Below, one piece after another: positions 41,593-50,280 of a DNA stretch of 64,000 nucleotides. The translations under genes were made by a program, and so were the position numbers. The stretch's first letter is position 1; each line of letters starts with the position of its first letter. The notes under the pieces were generated by a model, which ran no database searches, was not told the DNA's origin, and saw only the letters and a list, made by a program, of their open reading frames with translations. Origin of the DNA: an uncultured virus (IMG/VR IMGVR_UViG_3300042914_003776) (lineage: Duplodnaviria; Heunggongvirae; Uroviricota; Caudoviricetes); IMG/VR virus record IMGVR_UViG_3300042914_003776, positions 1-64,000 of that record; one strand, 5' to 3'.

Positions 41593-41612
41593 CGGAAGGT
41601 ACACGATTCGAA
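41593..41612 (-). pseudogene. truncated tRNA 3' end (Ser-like acceptor)
   Basis: TTCGAAT-CGTGT-ACCTTCC-G, cut off at the start of the plus-strand endonuclease cassette. Confidence 0.6.
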
Positions 41613-41658
41613 ATTAATATTTTTGTGTATATTATATTATACCAACAGGAGATATAAT

Positions 41659-42267
41659 ATGATATTTAAATGTACTTTATGCAATAAAGATTTTGAAAGA
41701 AGCAAAAGAAATGCTTATATGAGCATTAAAAAAAATTGCAAGCCGTTTTGTTCAAAAACATGTTTTAACTCTTTTCAAACAACAAAACAACAAGTTTTGT
41801 GTAAAAATTGCAACAAAGCTTTTTATAAATTATTAAATCAAATCAAACAATCAAAAAATCATTTTTGTTCTAGGTCTTGTTCTGTTACTTATAATAATAA
41901 AAATAAGACAAAAGGAAACAGACGATCTAAACTAGAACAATATATTGAATTAAAACTTTCTGAAATATATCCAAATCTTCAAATATTATACAATAATAAA
42001 GAAGCTATAAAATCTGAATTAGATATCTATATACCATCTTTAAAATTAGCTTTTGAATTAAATGGAATTTTTCATTATGAACCAATTTTTGGTGAAGATA
42101 AATTATCTAACATTCAAAATAACGATAATCGCAAATTTCAAGCTTGTTTAGAACAAAATATAGAACTTTGTATTATCGACACTTCTTCACAAAAATATTT
42201 TAAAGAATCTTCTTCGGAAAAATTTTTAAAAATTATATGTGAAATTATCAACAAAAAAAATAATTAA
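41659..42267 (+). CDS. zinc-finger plus PD-(D/E)XK putative homing endonuclease
   Basis: Repeated CxxC...FCSxxC modules, ELDIYIPSLKLAFELNGIFHY; AGGAG RBS; only clear plus-strand gene. Confidence 0.85.
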   Translation: MIFKCTLCNKDFERSKRNAYMSIKKNCKPFCSKTCFNSFQTTKQQVLCKNCNKAFYKLLNQIKQSKNHFCSRSCSVTYNNKNKTKGNRRSKLEQYIELKLSEIYPNLQILYNNKEAIKSELDIYIPSLKLAFELNGIFHYEPIFGEDKLSNIQNNDNRKFQACLEQNIELCIIDTSSQKYFKESSSEKFLKIICEIINKKNN

Positions 42268-42268
42268 G

Positions 42269-42350
42269 CGGAGAGTTGAGATACCGCCCCCCATGCTTTC
42301 GCACCAACAGTTTTCAAGACTGTGTCCACAACTTTGTGAATTAACTCTCC
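42269..42350 (-). tRNA. tRNA-Ser(UGA), atypical T loop
   Basis: GGAGAGT/ACTCTCC, ACAGT-CTTGAAA-ACTGT, variable arm, T loop GGCGGTA. Confidence 0.82.
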
Positions 42351-42411
42351 ATTTGCTACGGACGCCCGAAGACGCCCGTGTTACTCACTGTACACTTGGT
42401 ACATGAGCTAG

Positions 42412-42500
42412 CGGAGAATAATGGAATCAAACCATTACCGGGTTTTAAACCGGACGAATTTAGCAAATTCGCGTAGCAAATCAGTATCTACCTATTCTCC
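42412..42500 (-). tRNA. tRNA-Ser(GCU)
   Basis: GGAGAAT/ATTCTCC, loop TTGCTAA, long variable arm. Confidence 0.88.
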
Positions 42501-42504
42501 AAAG

Positions 42505-42577
42505 CGACTCATAGGGTAATCGAAACCCTGCTTCAAGATCGACAATCTTGCGTCCTGCCCGTCTGGACCAATGAGCC
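42505..42577 (-). tRNA. tRNA-Asp(GUC)
   Basis: GGCTCAT/ATGAGTC, loop TTGTCGA. Confidence 0.9.
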
Positions 42578-42582
42578 AAATA

Positions 42583-42650
42583 AGAGGAAGAAGGGAGTCG
42601 AACCCTTTTAGCTTGTTTTGCAGACAAGCGCCCCACCTTGGGACAACCTC
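42583..42650 (-). tRNA. tRNA-Cys(GCA)
   Basis: Loop CTGCAAA, U73, short D arm, acceptor mismatches. Confidence 0.8.
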
Positions 42651-42653
42651 AAG

Positions 42654-42729
42654 CACCCCACACAGGAATCGAACCCATTCTTACTAGTCCGTAGCTAGTC
42701 GTGCGAAAATTCCACTACACCAGTGAGGC
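42654..42729 (-). tRNA. tRNA-Arg(ACG)
   Basis: GCCTCAC/GTGGGGT, loop CTACGGA. Confidence 0.88.
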
Positions 42730-42903
42730 ATATTCTTTTATTAACTCGGCCAATCTCTCGGCCTCTTCTTTTGTTAAAAGTATTCTAACCTGCTCTTCAT
42801 TATTTGTCAACTGTAAAAGTATTCCATACGAATTTTTATTTACACCAACAAAATGACCAGATTCTAATTTTTTGCTAAACATTTTATAATCCTATATAAA
42901 CAG

Positions 42904-42977
42904 TAGTCCCAGTCGGAGTCGAACCGACAAACACTTCGTCCTAAGCGAAGCCGCTTTTCCAGTTTGCGTACAGGACT
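42904..42977 (-). tRNA. tRNA-Leu(UAG) lacking the long variable arm
   Basis: AGTCCTG/TGGGACT, CTTCG-CTTAGGA-CGAAG, variable loop only TGTTT. Confidence 0.85.
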
Positions 42978-43084
42978 ATTTTTGGCCATGCTTAATGATT
43001 TTTGCTGATGGTCATTATACCTTGCTGACGCATTAATACAAGTCGAACAAAATATTTTTTCGCAGCTTTTTGTCCCAAGCCAAG

Positions 43085-43156
43085 CCGGTATTAATGGTAT
43101 CGCACCACTCTCTTATGCTCTTCAGGCATACGCTAATCTATCTCAGCTAAATACCG
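43085..43156 (-). tRNA. tRNA-Phe(GAA)
   Basis: CGGTATT/AATACCG, loop CTGAAGA, T loop TGCGATA. Confidence 0.82.
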
Positions 43157-43161
43157 ATAAA

Positions 43162-43236
43162 GGTGGAATGGAAAGAATTGAACTTTCGTAAGTTTTGTTC
43201 ACAGCAAAACCCCCAAACCAACATGGGACAGTCCAC
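43162..43236 (-). tRNA. tRNA-His(GUG)
   Basis: Loop CTGTGAA, T arm GAAAG-TTCAATT-CTTTC. Confidence 0.82.
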
Positions 43237-43242
43237 ATAAAA

Positions 43243-43315
43243 TCTCACACGGCAGAATCGAACTGCATCCTCGATACCCCAAATATCGCGTACAAACCAT
43301 TATACGTCATGCGAG
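43243..43315 (-). tRNA. tRNA-Pro(UGG)
   Basis: CTCGCAT/GTGTGAG, loop TTTGGGG. Confidence 0.85.
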
Positions 43316-43352
43316 TTAAAAAATACACAACCAAATTGTAAAAGATCGAAAG

Positions 43353-43425
43353 TAGTGCGTGACAGAGTTGAACTGCCGTCTCTTGTGTATCAGACAAGGA
43401 TACTAAACCGTTGTACTAACGCACT
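43353..43425 (-). tRNA. tRNA-Ile(GAU)
   Basis: AGTGCGT/ACGCACT, loop CTGATAC. Confidence 0.9.
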
Positions 43426-43474
43426 GTTGGTATTCATAGTATACACCAAAAAAGACTTTTGTCAATGATATTTT

Positions 43475-43705
43475 TCAATTTTCTTCTGGGCCCGAACAAA
43501 ATCCAAGCACAGTTCCGCCCTCGCCATCAAAAATAAGCCCGGCATAATCTGCTTCCGGATTGCTTTTTTGTATATCTTTATAACAAAAAGCCTCTAACTG
43601 ATACCAAAAATCCTCGGCATCTTTTTCTTTTAGCCCAAGCTTCAGCATTTTTGCAAGCACGAAACCTTTTGGTGTTATTTTATATACTACATTTTCTTCG
43701 TCCAT
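43475..43705 (-). CDS. hypothetical protein
   Basis: 76 aa ORF. Confidence 0.55.
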   Translation of the reverse strand: MDEENVVYKITPKGFVLAKMLKLGLKEKDAEDFWYQLEAFCYKDIQKSNPEADYAGLIFDGEGGTVLGFCSGPEEN

Positions 43706-43707
43706 TT

Positions 43708-43926
43708 TTATTCCTTGCTTAAAATAAAGTATTTAATATAATCGGCCGGGTCATACTGGTCATATCCGAAACATTTGACTTGTATCTCTTCAAATATAAC
43801 AGATACTTTTGAAATGTCAACATCTTCGCCCCATTTTTCTTGGGCAAAAATAATTAAATCATTTATGTTTTGCACTAAATATTCTTCGATATGAATTTTG
43901 TTATCGGTATCTTTTGGTAGTCGCAT
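43708..43926 (-). CDS. hypothetical protein
   Basis: 72 aa ORF. Confidence 0.55.
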   Translation of the reverse strand: MRLPKDTDNKIHIEEYLVQNINDLIIFAQEKWGEDVDISKVSVIFEEIQVKCFGYDQYDPADYIKYFILSKE

Positions 43927-44534
43927 AGTCTATCTCTGTTTTTTCAAATCATTGAAATAAATATATCTGAGAATTCTGTAAAAAATAGTACCCGATGCAT
44001 TACCGCAAACACCAACCCAAGTCTTGTCTATAGCTTTAATACCTATTTTTTTTCTAATTGCTGACTCAATTGTTGCACGAGTATTTAATTTATATATAAC
44101 TGATTTCATTTTCTTTTATCCAACTTTGTATTTGCGATTTAACCCAACCAATCTGGCTCATGGTTTTATCAATTCGTATATCAACATCGCCATTAATATT
44201 ATCCCAAGTTGCTTCGCAAGCCTGTTTGTCAACTTCATTTCTGATTTCGTATATTACTGATGTCATCTTTTATGTAGTCTTTAAATCTATAAAATAGTAA
44301 AGATGGGAAACTTATTTTTTTTATAAAAAGGCTCCAGATAGGATATGATATGTGGCGATGAACGTCAATACCCTGTACGACCTCTCTTTGGAGCTTTTCT
44401 CTAAGTTTCATTGTTCTTAGTCTTTAAAAAATCGTGAATAGCAATAAATGGCAATCTAAACATTATACGGCCATCATAGTCGATAGTCATCCCAAATTCC
44501 CAAACAATTTTTTCTAATTTAAAATTAACAGTTT

Positions 44535-44717
44535 TCATTTTTTGCTTACAACCTGACTCCTAATTCGATCTATGGCTTGTATCCAGACTTGGCTCCAGAC
44601 TTGGTCCCCGACTTGGCTCCAGATTTGGCTCCTGACTTGGATCAAGATTTGGTCCCCGACTTGGCTCCTGACTTGGTTCAAGATTTGGTTCCTGACTTGA
44701 TTTTTGACAATTTTCAT
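44535..44717 (-). CDS. QVxx-repeat mini-protein
   Basis: [16 protein letters not shown]...VVSKK. Confidence 0.75.
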   Translation of the reverse strand: MKIVKNQVRNQILNQVRSQVGDQILIQVRSQIWSQVGDQVWSQVWIQAIDRIRSQVVSKK

Positions 44718-44920
44718 TTTTCGTCCCAGACTTGCTCGCAGATTTGGTTCCTGACTTGGTTCCAGACTTGGTTCACGACTTGGTATCCGACTTGGCTCCC
44801 GACTTGGTTCCCGACTTGGTCCCAGACTTGGCTCCAGACTTGGTCCCCGACTTGGCTCCAGATTTGGCTCCTGACTTGGATCAAGACTTGGTCCATGATT
44901 TGATTCTTAGTTGTTTTCAT
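44714..44920 (-). CDS. QVxx-repeat mini-protein
   Basis: [12 protein letters not shown]...[10 protein letters not shown]. Confidence 0.75.
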   Translation of the reverse strand: MKTTKNQIMDQVLIQVRSQIWSQVGDQVWSQVWDQVGNQVGSQVGYQVVNQVWNQVRNQICEQVWDEK

Positions 44921-45075
44921 TTCTTGCTCACGATTTGGCTCCCGACTTGGCTCCAGACTTGGCTCCTGACTTGGTTCAAGATTTGGTCCCCGACTTGGCT
45001 CCAGACTTGGCTCCAGACTTGGTATCCGACTTGGCTCACGACTTGGGCCCTGACTTGATTTTTGACAATTTTCAT
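44917..45075 (-). CDS. QVxx-repeat mini-protein (52 aa)
   Basis: [20 protein letters not shown]...QIVSKK. Confidence 0.72.
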   Translation of the reverse strand: MKIVKNQVRAQVVSQVGYQVWSQVWSQVGDQILNQVRSQVWSQVGSQIVSKK

Positions 45076-45302
45076 TTTTCGTCCCAGACTTGCTCCCAGA
45101 TTTGGTTCCTGACTTGGTTCCAGACTTGGTTCACGACTTGGTATCCGACTTGGCTCACGACTTGGGCCCTGATTTGATTCCAGACTTGGTTACTGATTTG
45201 GTTCCTGACTTGGCTCACGACTTGGCTCACGACTTGGTTACTGACTTGGTTCCAGACTTGATTCATAGCTCGATGCCTGACTTGACTGCTGACAGCTTTC
45301 AT
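45072..45302 (-). CDS. QVxx-repeat mini-protein
   Basis: [19 protein letters not shown]...[10 protein letters not shown]. Confidence 0.75.
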   Translation of the reverse strand: MKAVSSQVRHRAMNQVWNQVSNQVVSQVVSQVRNQISNQVWNQIRAQVVSQVGYQVVNQVWNQVRNQIWEQVWDEK

Positions 45303-45481
45303 TTTTCGTCCCAGACTTGGCTCCTGACTTGGAACCTGACTTGGCTCCTGACTTGGTCCCAGACTTGGCTCCTGACTTGGTCCCAGACTTGGTTCCCGAC
45401 TTGGTTCCAGACTTGGTTCCCGACTTGGTTCCTGACTTTGCTCAAGGCTTGGCTCCAGACTTGGTAAATAAGTGATTTCAT
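45299..45481 (-). CDS. QVxx-repeat mini-protein
   Basis: [16 protein letters not shown]...[14 protein letters not shown]. Confidence 0.75.
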   Translation of the reverse strand: MKSLIYQVWSQALSKVRNQVGNQVWNQVGNQVWDQVRSQVWDQVRSQVRFQVRSQVWDEK

Positions 45482-45648
45482 TTTTCGTGCCTGACTTGCT
45501 TCCAGACTTGGTTCCCGACTTGGTTACTGACTTGGTTCAAGAATTGGTTCCCGACTTGGATCATGACTTGGTATCCGACTTGGCTCACGACTTGGGCCCT
45601 GACTTGATTCATAGCTCGATGCCTGACTTGACTGCTGACAGCTTTCAT
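45478..45648 (-). CDS. QVxx-repeat mini-protein (56 aa)
   Basis: [19 protein letters not shown]...[10 protein letters not shown]. Confidence 0.72.
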   Translation of the reverse strand: MKAVSSQVRHRAMNQVRAQVVSQVGYQVMIQVGNQFLNQVSNQVGNQVWKQVRHEK

Positions 45649-45851
45649 TTTTCGTCCCAGACTTGGCTCCTGACTTGGAACCTGACTTGGCTCCTGACTT
45701 GGTCCCAGACTTGGCTCCTGACTTGGTTCCCGACTTGGTTCCAGACTTGGTTCCTGAGTTGGTTCAAGAATTGGTTCCCGACTTGGATCATGACTTGGTA
45801 TCCGACTTGGCTCACGACTTGGGCCCTGACTTGATTGTTGACAGCTTTCAT
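45645..45851 (-). CDS. QVxx-repeat mini-protein
   Basis: [15 protein letters not shown]...[14 protein letters not shown]. Confidence 0.75.
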   Translation of the reverse strand: MKAVNNQVRAQVVSQVGYQVMIQVGNQFLNQLRNQVWNQVGNQVRSQVWDQVRSQVRFQVRSQVWDEK

Positions 45852-46054
45852 TTTTCGTCCCAGACTTGGCTCCTGACTTGGAACCTGACTTGGCTCCTGA
45901 CTTGGTCCCAGACTTGGCTCCTGACTTGGAACCTGACTTGGCTCCTGACTTGGTCCCAGACTTGGCTCCTGACTTGGTCCCAGACTTGGTTCCAGACTTG
46001 GTTCCCGACTTGGTTCCAGACTTGGTTCCTGACTTGATTGTTGACAGCTTTCAT
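45848..46054 (-). CDS. QVxx-repeat mini-protein
   Basis: [15 protein letters not shown]...[14 protein letters not shown]. Confidence 0.75.
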   Translation of the reverse strand: MKAVNNQVRNQVWNQVGNQVWNQVWDQVRSQVWDQVRSQVRFQVRSQVWDQVRSQVRFQVRSQVWDEK

Positions 46055-46233
46055 TTTTCGTCCTTGACTTGCTCCCAGATTTGGTTCCTGACTTGGTTCC
46101 AGACTTGGTTCACGACTTGGTATCCGACTTGGCTCACGACTTGGGCCCTGATTTGATTCCAGACTTGATTCCATAGCTGATCCAAGACTTGACTCTCGAC
46201 TTGGTTCCTGACTTGGTTATTAACTGGTTTCAT
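46051..46233 (-). CDS. QVxx-repeat mini-protein
   Basis: [15 protein letters not shown]...[10 protein letters not shown]. Confidence 0.75.
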   Translation of the reverse strand: MKPVNNQVRNQVESQVLDQLWNQVWNQIRAQVVSQVGYQVVNQVWNQVRNQIWEQVKDEK

Positions 46234-46400
46234 TTTTCCTCCAAGATTTGGTCCCTGACTTGATCCTTGACATGGTTCCTGACTTGGTTCCTGACTTGGC
46301 TCCAGACTTGGTCCCCGACTTGGTTCCTGACTTGGCTCCAGACTTGACTATTGACTTTGTCCCTGACTTGCTCCCAGACTTGCTTTTTAACTGTCTTCAT
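46230..46400 (-). CDS. QVxx-repeat mini-protein
   Basis: [11 protein letters not shown]...QILEEK. Confidence 0.75.
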   Translation of the reverse strand: MKTVKKQVWEQVRDKVNSQVWSQVRNQVGDQVWSQVRNQVRNHVKDQVRDQILEEK

Positions 46401-46952
46401 TTCCCAACTCTTCAATAAACTTCTCGTACTCAAGCCAAAACTGTTCTATCGCCCACTCTTTAGGCCCGGCGTAAACTTTTAGCAGTCTATATGGCACCTT
46501 AGAGAAAACGCTATATCTTGTTAATCCGTCTTCAAATCTTATGCCTATTTTTGCATCATCTCTTATAAAAAACAAGTCGTTTTCAAATATTTTTAACATT
46601 TTCTTCTACATCACTTTTTAGGCAGCGTAGTATTCTAATACTAAAAGGTCTGGTAACAGCAAAGGTTACATCTAATACTTTTACTTTATAATTACCAAGA
46701 TATTTATAATAAATTGTCTTAGTATTGGTTTCTCTCAGAATATCGATAGATTTCATCACATATATCTCTATAAATCTCAAATTTAAACTCGGAATTGTGG
46801 GTAATCCACTTACCAACGAAGCCGAAGGAAGTAAAAATCAAATTGATCGACGAAATCAAATTGATAAAAAACTCATTTGATGTTTTATTCATCTGTCTAG
46901 ATATTCTTTGTGTGACTGGGTTCATTTAAAGCCTGTGTCCTACGCATAAAAC

Positions 46953-47291
46953 TCATTCATCGCCAAATTCTTTTTTTAATTCTAAATAAAGTTTTTTTCT
47001 TTCTTTCTCTTGTACTTTTTTATATTTCTCTTTAACGACTCTGTCTCGCTCTTCTCGCTTAATCCTCGCCCAATATTCTTTATCTGTTTCTAATCGTTTT
47101 TTAATAAGATAAAAACTAAGAGATTCGTAATCTTTTTCTATGTTGATAGATATCGCACCATCGTCCTTATATTTTTGAAGACGTTCAATAATATCATCAA
47201 TATTGCCATCAAAATCTCCATAATCCAAGTTAGTATATACTGAAATTTCTTTTCTTAAATAATCAGGAATTGATTCTAGTTTCTTAGTCAT
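46953..47291 (-). CDS. hypothetical protein
   Basis: 112 aa; RLETDKEY...YLELKKEF. Confidence 0.6.
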   Translation of the reverse strand: MTKKLESIPDYLRKEISVYTNLDYGDFDGNIDDIIERLQKYKDDGAISINIEKDYESLSFYLIKKRLETDKEYWARIKREERDRVVKEKYKKVQEKERKKLYLELKKEFGDE

Positions 47292-47427
47292 GATTTAGTT
47301 CCTTCTTTAGATTTAGCAAGTTTTATTAGGTCTTTATTTTCTTGAATTAATGCCACTCTTTCTTGAGCATTAGCTTTTCCGCGAGCCTCAATAGCGTCTA
47401 ATAGCATATTAGAGTTCATTTTTCTTC

Positions 47428-48018
47428 CTAGTCAATTGTAGATGGCATATTTTGTAAAATGTTCATTACATCATTTTTTAATTCTTCATTTACTTCTCTG
47501 CCGGTTAAGTATGCAACATAATCAAGACCAAGCTCAAACAGGCCCGGGCTACATGCTGCTGCTCCAAAAACTTGTTGAACTACATTAAATAATTCATATT
47601 CTTTTTTATCCATTATGTAATCTTTTTCTTTGTTAGCTAGTATTTTAACTTCCTCTTTAAGCTTGTCAACCTCTTCCCATGCTTTATTTCGTTGTTCGAT
47701 ACTGATTTTATAAAAAGAATCCCGCATGGATAATCTATTTACAATCATCTCTACAAGCTCAACTGTTCGTGGAATATGCCACTCATCGCCCTCTACCTCA
47801 TGTTTCGGTAAGACCGTAAGAGCTAGCTTTTTAATTGCCTCATCTTCTTCGCACCAGTCCTTGTTGGCTAGCCTGATATCATTCTCTAGTTTTAAAATAG
47901 TCTCATGCTGCCGGGCCGCCTTGTTGGTTAATTCCTCAATTTTACGCATCATCAACTTGACACGCTCATCTTCGTGATTCTTGGCAAATTCCTTCATTTC
48001 AGATATACCAAATAACAT
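47428..48018 (-). CDS. hypothetical coiled-coil protein
   Basis: 196 aa with GAGG RBS. Confidence 0.6.
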   Translation of the reverse strand: MLFGISEMKEFAKNHEDERVKLMMRKIEELTNKAARQHETILKLENDIRLANKDWCEEDEAIKKLALTVLPKHEVEGDEWHIPRTVELVEMIVNRLSMRDSFYKISIEQRNKAWEEVDKLKEEVKILANKEKDYIMDKKEYELFNVVQQVFGAAACSPGLFELGLDYVAYLTGREVNEELKNDVMNILQNMPSTID

Positions 48019-48054
48019 TATTTACCTCTTTAATAAAGCTAATTTTCGTCAAAA

Positions 48055-48155
48055 TGGAAAAGGCTGGATTCGAACCAACATCAGGCCCCGACTTAGGGGC
48101 GAGCCTACCTTTGTCTCTTATTCTGTATATACAGCGTCTTTATCATCACTTTTCC
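48055..48155 (-). ncRNA. tRNA-like RNA with non-canonical core
   Basis: GGAAAAG/CTTTTCC-A acceptor and GTTGG-TTCGAAT-CCAGC T arm; no standard D or anticodon arm. Confidence 0.6.
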
Positions 48156-48157
48156 AG

Positions 48158-48240
48158 TGCAACCAACTGGATTCGAACCAGTATTCAAGTGCGTCCTGCT
48201 TTTGCTCCGCTCTTGCTATTACCAATTATAGGATAGTTGC
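48158..48240 (-). ncRNA. tRNA-like RNA with extended anticodon-position arm
   Basis: GCAACTA/TGGTTGC, D arm CTAT-AATTGGTA-ATAG, T arm ACTGG-TTCGAAT-CCAGT, 30-nt arm CAAGAGCG...CGCACTTG. Confidence 0.7.
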
Positions 48241-48245
48241 ATCAA

Positions 48246-48371
48246 TGGGTCGGGCAGGAATTGCACCTGCTTGCGCTTCGGTCAGTCCGTTGGAGTCGAA
48301 CCAACGCCATTTGGTCTTGCCTTGCGGGAGCCCTAACTGACTCTGCGTGTCACTGTCCACGCCGCCGATCC
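48246..48371 (-). ncRNA. tRNA-like RNA with a nested second acceptor/T-arm module
   Basis: Outer GGATCGG/CCGACCC plus GCAGG-TGCAATT-CCTGC; inner GTCAGT...GTTGG-TTCGACT-CCAAC-GGACTGAC at 48281-48341. Confidence 0.65.
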
Positions 48372-49076
48372 TTATATATTATATACTATTGATCTTTATT
48401 TTCAAGCAAAATACTGTAAAATTCTTCTACCATAATATGTATTCTGTATAACTTTGAGCTTGTGCATTTTTTATTGTTAACTTTATAAGATATAATTCCC
48501 ACATTAATTCCCAAATAGCACCATTATGTGCTTTTAAAAAATAATCAACTTTTATGTTATTTATGTCTTCTATTTTTTCCCTAAATGATATCAAGATGGT
48601 CACTCCAGCCCGAATAAAACCAACAATTAAAGTTTATTTTATCTTCTATATAATCTGACAGACCCCTCTTCTTAGTAAAGATCATGTCGGGCATTAATTT
48701 AAAATGGCTAATTTTTTTCATATTTTAACTACTACAGATAATAACAAAACAGTAATGTGGTATAAAAAATCATTTCTATAATATAGCCCGGGAAATTTAG
48801 GCTTGCCCATGAATGATCTGGGTCTGGATATGTTGTTATAAGGTCACGAACTGATTTCATTTTTTTTGTTTCTTTTTTATTACCCACCGTATCTCAAATA
48901 ACAAATCATCGATCCATTTTATATATAAAGAAAATGTATGCGGTCTGTAATTTCATAGCGAATAAAATTAGGAATCCGTAAATACCAGTCTATATAAGTA
49001 TATGTAAATATGTGCGTTTTGTCAAATATTTTTTCGTTTATTAAATCATAAGTTTTTTGAATTTTTTTTAAAGGCT

Positions 49077-49235
49077 TCATTTTTCTGCTCCGTGTTCATC
49101 CCAGACTTGTCTCACGACTTGGTTACTGACTTGGTTCCAGACTTGGCTTTCGACTTGGCTCCCGACTTGGCTCCTGACTTGGTTCCTGACTTGGCTCCAG
49201 ACTTGCTCCCCGACTTGATTGTTGACAGCTTTCAT
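49077..49235 (-). CDS. QVxx-repeat mini-protein (52 aa)
   Basis: [15 protein letters not shown]...[10 protein letters not shown]. Confidence 0.72.
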   Translation of the reverse strand: MKAVNNQVGEQVWSQVRNQVRSQVGSQVESQVWNQVSNQVVRQVWDEHGAEK

Positions 49236-49438
49236 TTTTCGTTCCAGAATTGGTTCCCGACTTGGATCATGACTTGGTTCAAGACTTGGTTCCTGACTTG
49301 GCTCCAGACTTGGCTCCTGACTTGGTTACTGACTTGGTCCCCGACTTGGTTACTGACTTGGTTCCCGACTTGGTTCCTGACTTGGTTCCTGACTTTGCTC
49401 AAGGCTTGGCTCCAGACTTGGTAAATAAGTGATTTCAT
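49232..49438 (-). CDS. QVxx-repeat mini-protein
   Basis: [16 protein letters not shown]...[14 protein letters not shown]. Confidence 0.75.
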   Translation of the reverse strand: MKSLIYQVWSQALSKVRNQVRNQVGNQVSNQVGDQVSNQVRSQVWSQVRNQVLNQVMIQVGNQFWNEK

Positions 49439-49509
49439 TTTTCGTGCCTGACCTGCTTCCAGACTTGGCTCCAGACTTGGTTCCTGACTTGATTGTTGAC
49501 AGCTTTCAT
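49435..49509 (-). CDS. QVxx-repeat mini-protein (24 aa)
   Basis: [24 protein letters not shown]. Confidence 0.65.
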   Translation of the reverse strand: MKAVNNQVRNQVWSQVWKQVRHEK

Positions 49510-49625
49510 TTATCACTCCAGAATTGGTTCCCGACTTGGATCATGACTTGGTTCCTGACTTGGCTCCAGACTTGATTACTGACTTTCCAGACTTGGTTAC
49601 TGACTTGACTGCTAAGAGCTTTCAT
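49506..49625 (-). CDS. QVxx-repeat mini-protein (39 aa)
   Basis: MKALSSQVSNQVWKVSNQV...QFWSDK. Confidence 0.65.
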   Translation of the reverse strand: MKALSSQVSNQVWKVSNQVWSQVRNQVMIQVGNQFWSDK

Positions 49626-49810
49626 TTTTTATTCTTATATTGGTGCAAGACTTGGATATATGCTTCCGTCCAGACTTGGTGCCGAAGTGTGTAGGTTTGA
49701 TTTATATGATTGTACATTTTGCTCCAGATTCGGACACTTATTCGTTCACCAATTTTGTAATTAGTTAATTTTATAATTTTGTACTGTAGTTCAGTTATAA
49801 CATTTTTCAT
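49622..49810 (-). CDS. diverged member of the mini-gene family
   Basis: MKNV start, residual RHQVWTEAYIQV, same ATGA coupling. Confidence 0.55.
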   Translation of the reverse strand: MKNVITELQYKIIKLTNYKIGERISVRIWSKMYNHINQTYTLRHQVWTEAYIQVLHQYKNKK

Positions 49811-50073
49811 TTATTATCCCCATAATATTCTTCTATAAAACCCAAGTTTTCTTCTATAAAACGCAAAATAATATATCCCGGCATATCGTGTGATACATGC
49901 CAACGGGTTTCCCAATAGCTTTTTAGTATTAATTGACGGATTTCTTTAGCTATTTTCATTGTTTAAAATAAGCCTTATTTTACTTATTGGATGACAAATT
50001 TTACGAATTTTTTGAAATATAACAAGATTAATTGACGGGACATATAATTGTATAAGTTTATTTTTTAGAGGTT

Positions 50074-50280
50074 TCATTTTTCGTTCCTGCTTTGTTCCCA
50101 AGCTTGGCTCCAGACTTGGCTCCTGACTTGGCTCCCGACTTGGATCATGACTTGGTTCAAGACTTGGTTCCTGACTTGGCTCCAGACTTGGCTCCTGACT
50201 TGGTCCCCGACTTGGTTACTGACTTGGCTCCCGACTTGGCTCCAGACTTGCTCCCCGACTTGATTGTTGACAGCTTTCAT
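50074..50280 (-). CDS. QVxx-repeat mini-protein
   Basis: [15 protein letters not shown]...[10 protein letters not shown]. Confidence 0.75.
   Translation of the reverse strand: MKAVNNQVGEQVWSQVGSQVSNQVGDQVRSQVWSQVRNQVLNQVMIQVGSQVRSQVWSQAWEQSRNEK

Larger units (their letters stand above)
44535..46400 (-). repeat. tandem 12-nt repeat region (CAAGTC-NGG-NNC) forming ten coupled mini-genes
   Basis: Plus strand reads GACTTGG every 12 nt, interrupted by TTTCATTTTT junctions (ATGA start/stop overlaps). Confidence 0.95.

Noticed and set aside
44577..46156. Plus-strand PDLV/TWxx-repeat ORFs and alternative-frame EPS-repeat ORFs in the track
   Set aside because: Shadow frames of the 12-nt repeat; they lack RBS and coupling and oppose the gene flow
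44535..46400. CRISPR array interpretation of the repeats
   Set aside because: Units are contiguous 12-mers without unique spacers, keep a reading frame with start/stop overlaps, and no cas genes are present in the window
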